From a virus (Duplodnaviria > Caudoviricetes): a DNA stretch of 64,000 nucleotides. Location of the stretch: positions 1-64,000 of IMG/VR virus record IMGVR_UViG_2791355076_000001, one strand, 5' to 3'. Below the pieces are notes generated by a model. That model was not told where the DNA came from and did not search any database. It saw only the letters and a list, made by a program, of their open reading frames with translations. The translations under genes were made by a program, and so were the position numbers. Below are positions 56,711-64,000 of the stretch, in pieces. Every line of letters starts with the position of its first letter. Position 1 is the first letter of the stretch.

Positions 56711-57939
56711 TGTTTTTCCCTGGATTATTTCAGAAATCTCAGAAAGAGATGACCTCATCAGAACTGAGTGAGTTAATTGGATTGTCTTATGACACTTATT
56801 CTGGTCGAAGAGTGAGTACACAACTCGCTATGCAACTGACTTCTGTATTTAGTTGTATTCGTGTTCTTGCAGAATCGGTAGGGATGTTGCCATGCTCTTT
56901 ATATGAACAATTAGAAAGAGGAAATAAACGCGCCACCAAAGAACGGTTACACAAATTACTGGCGGTTAAGCCCAATAATTACATGACACCTCAAGAGCTT
57001 TGGGAACTATTAATTGCCTGTTTGTGTTTAAGGGGAAATTTTTATGCTTATAAGGTGTACGCCTTAGGCGAGGTGGTTGAATTACTACCTCTCGATCCTA
57101 GTTGTGTCACGCCAAAATTAAATAGCCAATGGGAGCCTGAGTATCAGGTGACATTTCCAAATGGTAAAAGTGAAACACTGACACAGCAAGAAATCTGGCA
57201 TGTACGGATTTTTACTCTTGATGGTTTAGTGGGGTTAAGCCCAATCGCGTATGCACGTCAGGCTATTGGTTTGGGATTAGCCACCGAAGAGCATGGTTCG
57301 CGTTTGTTTGGAAACGGTGCGGTGACAAGTGGTGTATTACAAACGGATCAATATCTAAAAGATGATGCTTACGAAAGACTGAAATCTGACTTCGGTGAAC
57401 GGCACCAAGGGTTAGCCAATGCACACAAACCGATGATTTTAGAAATGGGGTTGAAGTGGCAACAAATCAGTTTATCGGCTGAAGATGCGCAATTTCTTGA
57501 AACACGAAAGTTTCAGTTAGAGGAAATTTGCCGTATTTTTCGTGTTCCCCTTCACATGGTGCAAAACACCGATCGCGCCACATTCAATAACATTGAAAAC
57601 TTGGGTATTGGTTTTATTAACTACTCACTTGTTCCCTACCTTATTCGTATAGAGCAACGTATTAATGCAGGGCTGGTAAAAGCCAGTAAGCAAGGAACTT
57701 TTTATGCCAAATTTAATACTGGCGCTTTATTACGTGGTGATATGAAATCGCGATTTGAAGCCTACTCAACAGGCATTAACTGGGGGATTTATTCGCCTAA
57801 TGAATGTCGTGAACTCGAAGAGTTAAATCCGCGTGAGGGTGGCGATATTTATCTCACGCCGATGAACATGACTACTAAGCCAGAAACCCAAAAACAAGAG
57901 GAGAAAGCGCATGCCGATGACGACCAAACAACGGCTTGA
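56710..57939 (+). CDS. Portal protein (HK97 family)
   Basis: VFSCIRVLAESV, GLVGLSPI, ICRIFRVPLHMV, SPNECRE. Confidence 0.95.
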   Translation: MFFPGLFQKSQKEMTSSELSELIGLSYDTYSGRRVSTQLAMQLTSVFSCIRVLAESVGMLPCSLYEQLERGNKRATKERLHKLLAVKPNNYMTPQELWELLIACLCLRGNFYAYKVYALGEVVELLPLDPSCVTPKLNSQWEPEYQVTFPNGKSETLTQQEIWHVRIFTLDGLVGLSPIAYARQAIGLGLATEEHGSRLFGNGAVTSGVLQTDQYLKDDAYERLKSDFGERHQGLANAHKPMILEMGLKWQQISLSAEDAQFLETRKFQLEEICRIFRVPLHMVQNTDRATFNNIENLGIGFINYSLVPYLIRIEQRINAGLVKASKQGTFYAKFNTGALLRGDMKSRFEAYSTGINWGIYSPNECRELEELNPREGGDIYLTPMNMTTKPETQKQEEKAHADDDQTTA

Positions 57940-58561
57940 TGTGCCATTGAAAATTAAGTCTGTTAGTGACTCTGGCGAGTTTGAAGGCTACGGCTCCGTT
58001 TTCGGGGTAAAAGACAGTTATGCCGATATTGTGATGCCGGGGGCTTTTCTTAATTCCCTGAGTCAGTGGAAAGAAAAAGGTTCATTACCCGCCTTACTTT
58101 GGCAACACCAAATGGCTGAGCCTATTGGTATTTATACCGAGATGCGAGAAGACAGCACCGGACTCTATGTAAAAGGTCGTCTGTTAATTGATGACGACCC
58201 GTTATCTAAACGTGCACATGCTCATATGAAGGCCGGATCACTCTCCGGCCTTTCTATTGGTTACATTCTTAAAGATTATGAATATGACCGCAGTAAAGAT
58301 GCCTTTCTACTGAAAGAAATCGACCTATGGGAAGTCAGCTTAGTGACATTTCCTTCCAATGATGAAGCGCGAGTCAGTGATGTGAAGTCGGCATTTGCTC
58401 GTGGTGAATTACCCACACAAAAAAGTATTGAGCGAGTCCTGCGCGATGTTGGGCTTTCGCGAACACAAGCCAAGGCTTTTATGGCCAAAGGCTACGATGC
58501 ACTTTCTCTGCGTGATGTTGAGCAAGAAGCATTAGAAACATTGAAATCTATTTTTAAATAA
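57917..58561 (+). CDS. HK97 prohead protease
   Basis: FEGYGSVF, LWQH, GLSIGY, EVSLVTFPSN. Confidence 0.95.
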   Translation: MTTKQRLDVPLKIKSVSDSGEFEGYGSVFGVKDSYADIVMPGAFLNSLSQWKEKGSLPALLWQHQMAEPIGIYTEMREDSTGLYVKGRLLIDDDPLSKRAHAHMKAGSLSGLSIGYILKDYEYDRSKDAFLLKEIDLWEVSLVTFPSNDEARVSDVKSAFARGELPTQKSIERVLRDVGLSRTQAKAFMAKGYDALSLRDVEQEALETLKSIFK

Positions 58562-58574
58562 TAAAGGAAAAATT

Positions 58575-59783
58575 ATGGCTATTGATCATAAAGACGTTAG
58601 TGAAGTTGCGCAGGAATTAAAAGGTCAGTTTGACGAATTTAAAAAGTCGAATGATAAACGTATCGATGCGATTGAAGCTGAAAAAAGTAAGTTATCAGCA
58701 ACCGTTGATACCTTAAATGAAAAATTATCAGAGTTGGATGAATTAAAAAGCAATTTAGAAGCGGAACTTGCTTCAGTAAAACGTCCAGATGGTAACGTGA
58801 CGAATAAAGATGTCTCTGAGCATAAAACCGCGTTTGAATTATTTGTGCGTAAAGGTACCGATGATGGGCTTGCGGAGTTAGAGCGTAAAGCAATGCAGGT
58901 CGGTTCAGATCCTGACGGCGGTTATGCAGTACCCGAAGAACTGGATCGTAATATCATTACGGCATTGCGTGATGAAGTGGTTATGCGCCAAGAGTGTAAT
59001 GTGATTACGGTTGGCACAGAGAAGTTTAAACGCCTGATTAATCAAGGTGGCACTAATAGTGGATGGGTGGGTGAAGTGGATAAACGCCCTGAAACCAACA
59101 CATCAAAACTCGCCTCTATTGAGCCTGTATGGGGAGAAATTTACGGCAACCCTGCTGCTACTCAAACTATGCTTGATGATGCCTTTTTTAATGTTGAGCA
59201 ATTCATCACCAGTGAGTTAGCCACAGAATTTGCGGAGCAGGAAGAATCGGTATTTACCCACGGTGACGGTATTAAAAAGCCTAAAGGTCTATTGGCGTAC
59301 GGTAGTGACGATAAAGGCGACAAAGAGCGTGAATGGGGTAAGTTACAGCATTTGTTATTGAAAAAACCGACGGAAATCACCGCGGATGAAGTCATGAAAT
59401 TGATTTACACCATGAGAAAGGTTTATCGTACAGGTGCTAAATTTATGATGAATAACAATACATTATTCCAAGTTCGCACACTGAAAGATGCTCAAGGTAA
59501 TTATTTGTGGCAACCCGGTCTGCAATTAGGGCAACCTTCTGCATTATTAGGGTATGGCATTGCAGAAAATGAGCAATTTGCTGATGTCTCTGCTGACGCT
59601 GTGCCGATTGCTTTTGGTAACTTCAACCGCTGTTACACTATTCTTGATCGTATTGGTGTTCGTATGTTACGTGACCCATACACCAACAAACCGTTTGTCC
59701 ATTTCTATACGACGAAACGCGTTGGCTCTATGTTAGTTGACAGTAATGCGGTGAAGTTACTGAAAGCGGGAGCCACTAAATAA
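58575..59783 (+). CDS. Major capsid protein (HK97 fold)
   Basis: DGGYAVPEE, GDG..KPKG, LKDAQGNYLWQP. Confidence 0.95.
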   Translation: MAIDHKDVSEVAQELKGQFDEFKKSNDKRIDAIEAEKSKLSATVDTLNEKLSELDELKSNLEAELASVKRPDGNVTNKDVSEHKTAFELFVRKGTDDGLAELERKAMQVGSDPDGGYAVPEELDRNIITALRDEVVMRQECNVITVGTEKFKRLINQGGTNSGWVGEVDKRPETNTSKLASIEPVWGEIYGNPAATQTMLDDAFFNVEQFITSELATEFAEQEESVFTHGDGIKKPKGLLAYGSDDKGDKEREWGKLQHLLLKKPTEITADEVMKLIYTMRKVYRTGAKFMMNNNTLFQVRTLKDAQGNYLWQPGLQLGQPSALLGYGIAENEQFADVSADAVPIAFGNFNRCYTILDRIGVRMLRDPYTNKPFVHFYTTKRVGSMLVDSNAVKLLKAGATK

Positions 59784-59878
59784 TCTGAGTTTATGTATCT
59801 CAGTTTCATATATACCGCTTAATTGCGGTTTTTTTGTGCCTGCGATCGAGATAGGTCGCAGGATTTATTGGAGGTTTC

Positions 59879-60187
59879 ATGGCATTTCCAACTATCGATG
59901 AATTGAAACGCCAATGTTATATCGATGGTGATCAGGATGATGATTTGCTTCAACAAAATCTATTGTCAGCGATAGCCGAAGTGGAAAGATTAACAAACCG
60001 AAAATTGTATGATGATGAAATACCTGAAAATGATCATTATGGCTTACTTCTTTCCGAAGATATAAAAATAAGGCTCATGCAAATGGTCGGTTTTTGGTAT
60101 GAGAATCGTGAAGGTCAATCACTCCCCGAGTCGCTATGTAATGCATTGCGTGAATATCGTATCAGACCTATGCGAGGGCAATCATGA
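59879..60187 (+). CDS. Head-tail connector
   Basis: ELKRQC...MVGFWYENRE. Confidence 0.85.
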   Translation: MAFPTIDELKRQCYIDGDQDDDLLQQNLLSAIAEVERLTNRKLYDDEIPENDHYGLLLSEDIKIRLMQMVGFWYENREGQSLPESLCNALREYRIRPMRGQS

Positions 60188-60507
60188 AAGCAGGAAGATT
60201 GCGCCAAACTGTCATATTTCAACAGAACGCACCCATTAAATTACCTTCAGGGCAACTTAAAAAAGAGTGGGTTGATATCGCTTCAGTGCGGTGCGAAGTA
60301 AAACATCTTTCTGGTCGTGAACTGATATCCGCTAATGCTGAAATGTCAGAGGTTACTGTTAGAGTGTGGATGCGTTATCGACCCGACATTAACAGTACCT
60401 GCAGAATGGTTTGGCGTGAGCAAATTTATGACATTCAGTCAGTCATCCCTGATGAGAAATTGACTCGATTAGAATTGCTATGCAAACAAGGAGTTAAACA
60501 ATCATGA
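60184..60507 (+). CDS. Head closure protein
   Basis: MKAGRLRQ...RVWMRYR...LELLC. Confidence 0.88.
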   Translation: MKAGRLRQTVIFQQNAPIKLPSGQLKKEWVDIASVRCEVKHLSGRELISANAEMSEVTVRVWMRYRPDINSTCRMVWREQIYDIQSVIPDEKLTRLELLCKQGVKQS

Positions 60508-60944
60508 ATTTGGATTTCTCCGATCTACTCGACTTATCAAGAGAGTTAGATGTTTTAAGTCGAGCTGAAAGTCATCAAGCGATGCGAAAAGCAACCAATG
60601 CGGCCGCAACGTTATTACGTGATGAAATCAGAACGTCCGCACCACGAAAGACGGGAAAATTAGCACGAAATATAGTGACCCGTAATCACAGAATGCGCAA
60701 TAAAGGTGAGGTTTCTTCGGGCGTTTATGTTCGAGGGAGTAACGCTTCAGGCACAAACAGTGATACATCCATGAAAAGTGATCATCCTAACAATGCCTTT
60801 TATTGGCGCTTTCTTGAAGAGGGCACTTCTAAAATGGCGCCAAGACCTTTTATACGTCCCACTTTTGATCGTGAATCGGATAAGGCAGCCAATTTAGCCA
60901 TTAGCGAATTAAATAGAGCGATTGATGAGGCGCTAGGAAAATGA
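60504..60944 (+). CDS. HK97 gp10-like tail component
   Basis: AFYWRFLEEGTSKMAPRPFIRP. Confidence 0.9.
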   Translation: MNLDFSDLLDLSRELDVLSRAESHQAMRKATNAAATLLRDEIRTSAPRKTGKLARNIVTRNHRMRNKGEVSSGVYVRGSNASGTNSDTSMKSDHPNNAFYWRFLEEGTSKMAPRPFIRPTFDRESDKAANLAISELNRAIDEALGK

Positions 60945-61276
60945 CAGAGGCGGATATCTACGCAATTTTATCACCTGTATTACCTGATAAAGTTTTTCCG
61001 TATGTTGCTCCACAATCAAACCCTGCAATAACAGCGCCTTGGTGTGTCTTCTCTTTGTACGATGTCAAAGGCGATGTACTGAAGGGGCAAGCCGAAACGA
61101 TGACGAATATTCAGGTTGATGTTTATGCCGATACGATTGATGAGGCGAGAAAGCTTCGCTTGTTATTTGCTAATGCATTAACAAAATTAAGCCCTGTTGA
61201 AATTTCAGAAAAACAAGGCTACGAGCCAGATACAGGATTGTTTAGAGCAACATTTGAATGCCAAGTTTGGCAATAG
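60941..61276 (+). CDS. Tail terminator (DUF3168-like)
   Basis: VFPYVAP...IQVDVYA...YEPDTGLFRA. Confidence 0.82.
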   Translation: MTEADIYAILSPVLPDKVFPYVAPQSNPAITAPWCVFSLYDVKGDVLKGQAETMTNIQVDVYADTIDEARKLRLLFANALTKLSPVEISEKQGYEPDTGLFRATFECQVWQ

Positions 61277-61341
61277 CATCGCCTTATTATTCACACTAAA
61301 GCCACCTTCGGGTGGTTTTTTTATGCCAATAGGAAATGATC

Positions 61342-61809
61342 ATGTCTAGTAAATATGAAAAAACACAAGGCACTAAAATCAGTGTCTCGAAATTACCCGC
61401 AACAGAAGTTAACCCTGCTGATGCGGTATTTTTAGGGATTTCGTGTTCAACAAAAGAAATCAGTTATACCGGTGGGCAGAAATCAGATATTGATGTCACC
61501 ACACTCTGCTCTGAGGAGCAAGAAGTTACCAATGGATTATCCGCACCTGCAGAGCTCACCATTAATGGTAATTTCACCGATGATGAAGGCCAAGAAACAT
61601 TACGTACCGCGTATGAAAATGATGAAGTTCATGCATTTAAAGTAGAGTTCCCTTCGGGGATTGGCTATGCATTTTTAGCCGAAGTGCGTCAAAACAGTTG
61701 GAGTGTTTCTACTTCAGGTGTGGTTTCCGCTTCATTTACCCTACGTTTAAAAGGTAAATCTAAGCCGATTAAAAACGGGACTGTTAATTTAAATAAAGGT
61801 AGCGAATAA
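61342..61809 (+). CDS. Major tail (tube) protein
   Basis: GGQKSDIDVTTLCSEEQE. Confidence 0.88.
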   Translation: MSSKYEKTQGTKISVSKLPATEVNPADAVFLGISCSTKEISYTGGQKSDIDVTTLCSEEQEVTNGLSAPAELTINGNFTDDEGQETLRTAYENDEVHAFKVEFPSGIGYAFLAEVRQNSWSVSTSGVVSASFTLRLKGKSKPIKNGTVNLNKGSE

Positions 61810-61811
61810 CC

Positions 61812-62192
61812 ATGAAAAAACCGTCATTAAAGTCACTGGCTTTAAGTGAAAAGAACGCCTTTCGCACAAAGAAAGTGAATGTTGCTGAATGGGAAAATGC
61901 GGTCGTCATGCTTCGTGAACCGTCATCACCTGCATGGATGAAGTGGCGTGAAATTATTCATCATGATAATGCTGAAGATGAACATTCGTTATCTGACATT
62001 GAAATTGCACAACGTAATTTACGTGCCGATGTTGTGATGTTTATTGATGTGTTGCGTGATGAAAACGGGGAGGTCGTTTTTGATGAATCAGACATCAACG
62101 ATGTGATAGCTATTTATGGCCCTGTGCATTCTCGTTTATTAAAACAAGCGCTCGATTTAACTATTTCGGTTGATGATGCAGAAAAAAAGTAG
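61812..62192 (+). CDS. Tail assembly chaperone (G) with A-AAA-AAG slippery site
   Basis: LREPS...YGPVHSRLL; ends gaa aaa aag tag. Confidence 0.85.
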   Translation: MKKPSLKSLALSEKNAFRTKKVNVAEWENAVVMLREPSSPAWMKWREIIHHDNAEDEHSLSDIEIAQRNLRADVVMFIDVLRDENGEVVFDESDINDVIAIYGPVHSRLLKQALDLTISVDDAEKK

Positions 62193-62497
62193 CTCAGCCT
62201 GATACTTTCTTTTTAATGACATTGGCGCTCCGTATGGGGCGCACTCTTGATGAACTCACTCGCCAAATGAGCTTGAGTGAGCTTCGGATGTGGATGGCTT
62301 TTGATCGCATTAATCCCATCGGTGATATTCGTAGTGATATTCAAACAGCACATATCGTTTCTTCTATTTATCACTCTCAAGGCGGTAAATGCACGCTTTC
62401 TGATGTGCTTTTACGGTGGGACCCCAAAGCAACCCAAGAAAGTGATGATAGTTCTAATGGGTTAGAGAATTTCTTTCAGTCTATTTCAGAAAATTAA
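62189..62497 (+). CDS. Tail assembly chaperone T segment (-1 frame)
   Basis: VAQPDTFFLMTLALRMGRTL...PIGD.RSD. Confidence 0.8.
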   Translation, partial: VAQPDTFFLMTLALRMGRTLDELTRQMSLSELRMWMAFDRINPIGDIRSDIQTAHIVSSIYHSQGGKCTLSDVLLRWDPKATQESDDSSNGLENFFQSISEN

Positions 62498-62516
62498 TTA
62501 TTTTTGTGAGGATAAA

Positions 62517-64000
62517 ATGGCAAAACTGCGTGAACTGATTATTAAAATTTCTGCTAATTCTTCCTCGTTTCAATCTGAAATAGCGCGTGCTTCGCGTATG
62601 GGGGAAAACTATTATCGGATCATTGAGCAAGGAGAGCGACGCGCCAGTGGTGCATCTCGTGAAATGCAACGCGCTATCCATGATCTAAATGGTGAATTAT
62701 CGTCCATTAAAAATACTGTATCAGGCGTTGCGGGTGCATTTGCAGGAGCTTTTGCAACACAACAACTTATCAATTATGCAGACACATGGAGTCAACTTAG
62801 CGGTCGATTAAAATTAGCGTCTACGTCGATGGAGGATTTTAAACAAGCACAGCAAGAGTTAATGACGCTGAGCCAAAGAACGGGCACATCGATTGCAGCG
62901 AATACGAATCTATACAGTCGTGTTGCACAATCCATGCGTGATGCGGGGTATGCATCAAGTGATGTTGCTAAAGTCACCGAAACCATTGCAACTTCATTAA
63001 AACTCTCTGGCGCCAGCGCTGAAGAAACCAGCTCTGTTATTACACAGCTAAGCCAAGCATTAGGTTCGGGTGTTCTTCGTGGTGAAGAGTTTAATGCTGT
63101 CATGGAGAATGGTGGTCGATTAGCAAAAATGCTGGCTGATGGTATGGGAACGACGATTGGTGGTCTGCGTGAAATGTCGCAAAATGGGCTGCTCACGATG
63201 GATAAAATTGTTCCTATCCTGACGAATACGCAACAGTTACGAGCCGAATTTGAGCAATTACCAGCCACGGTAAGTGGGTCTGCACAGAAGATTGAAAATG
63301 CGTTCATGGCATGGATCGGCAATGTTAATGAAACATCGGGTGCTACTCGCACACTATCAACCGCAATGGAAGGGATCGCGAACAATATTGATGGTATAGC
63401 CTCTGTTTCTGGTGTTTTAATTGGTCTAGGTTTGGCTCGTTACTTTGGTGGACTGACAACAAGTGTGGCAAATGCAACCATTGGGGTTGCGCGTGCAACA
63501 AAAAGTGAAATAGCACATGCTCAAGCTCAATTGCAAGGTATCAAAATATCAACGGCTAGAGCAAGAGCAGCAGTCTATCGGGCTCAACAAGCAAGGTTGG
63601 CATCACAAAGTGTTGAGCAACAAGCATTAGCTGAGCGTCGATTAGCGTCCGCGCAGGCAACGTTAAATAGAAATATTTCTGCTAGACGCACGGCACAAGA
63701 AAACCTTAATAGAGTAACCTCTGTTGGAACACGCCTTCTTGGTGGTGCAATGGGGTTGATTGGTGGGGTTCCTGGTCTCGTGATGGCGGGTGCGACTGCT
63801 TGGTATATTATGCATCAGCGCCAGCAAGAGGCGAGAAGATCTGCCATTGAGTATGCTAATACGCTAGATACTCTGAAAGAACGTATGCCCAACATGACTT
63901 TATCGCAGTCGCATGATGAGTCAAAAAATATAAAGAAAACGCTTGAAGTTCAAATTGAAGAATACGAAAAGCAACTTGCTAAAATTAAAAACATGGAGCG
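62517..64000 (+). CDS. Tape measure protein, runs off window
   Basis: MAKLRELIIKISANSSSF...QLSQALGSGVLRGEEFNAV; absent from ORF track (no stop in window). Confidence 0.93.
   Translation, partial: MAKLRELIIKISANSSSFQSEIARASRMGENYYRIIEQGERRASGASREMQRAIHDLNGELSSIKNTVSGVAGAFAGAFATQQLINYADTWSQLSGRLKLASTSMEDFKQAQQELMTLSQRTGTSIAANTNLYSRVAQSMRDAGYASSDVAKVTETIATSLKLSGASAEETSSVITQLSQALGSGVLRGEEFNAVMENGGRLAKMLADGMGTTIGGLREMSQNGLLTMDKIVPILTNTQQLRAEFEQLPATVSGSAQKIENAFMAWIGNVNETSGATRTLSTAMEGIANNIDGIASVSGVLIGLGLARYFGGLTTSVANATIGVARATKSEIAHAQAQLQGIKISTARARAAVYRAQQARLASQSVEQQALAERRLASAQATLNRNISARRTAQENLNRVTSVGTRLLGGAMGLIGGVPGLVMAGATAWYIMHQRQQEARRSAIEYANTLDTLKERMPNMTLSQSHDESKNIKKTLEVQIEEYEKQLAKIKNME

Larger units (their letters stand above)
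37640..64000. mobile_element. Prophage 2 (left part), lambdoid P27/SfV-like; continues beyond window
   Basis: int-xis-left operon-cI-cro-rep-rusA-Q-lysis-head-tail order. Confidence 0.95.

Noticed and set aside
62481-63385. Minus-strand ORFs 62481..62681 and 62792..63385
   Set aside because: Antisense to the tape measure gene starting at 62517.
1-64000. CRISPR array, retron or diversity-generating retroelement
   Set aside because: No regularly spaced repeat-spacer array and no reverse-transcriptase motifs seen in any ORF.

Overview
AT-rich enterobacterial DNA (Proteus/Morganellaceae-like; taxon inferred) made up almost entirely of two tandem, non-identical lambdoid (HK97/P27-like) prophages joined at a hybrid att site in a duplicated 3' end of icd (37473-37637). 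Prophage 1 (1-~37470) runs from the end of its replication gene through Q, an ~8.5 kb stress/defence cargo block (2x csp+ymcF-like, Hsp20, Gabija, a Fur-boxed RyhB-like sRNA, tRNA relic, psiE, ybgA-like, blc), lysis, HK97-type head, tail and cor, ending in two cargo cassettes. Prophage 2 (~37640-end) has int/xis, a short left operon, a rex-positioned gene pair, cI/cro, replication, RusA, Q, a Lamassu-like ABC three-component system, lysis, head and tail genes up to the tape measure. Most notable: (i) three unrelated cargo units in prophage 1 are each bracketed by the same oriented pair of ~25-bp palindromic sites (B: GTGCCA core; A: TCGCTCA core), with an A+B junction between adjacent units, suggesting an uncharacterised gene-cassette system; (ii) one cassette is a translationally coupled HNH nuclease / tandem-repeat protein / minimal nucleotidyltransferase operon I cannot match to a named defence system; (iii) a phage-borne RyhB paralogue with an altered seed. 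All family assignments are from motif recognition, not database searches.
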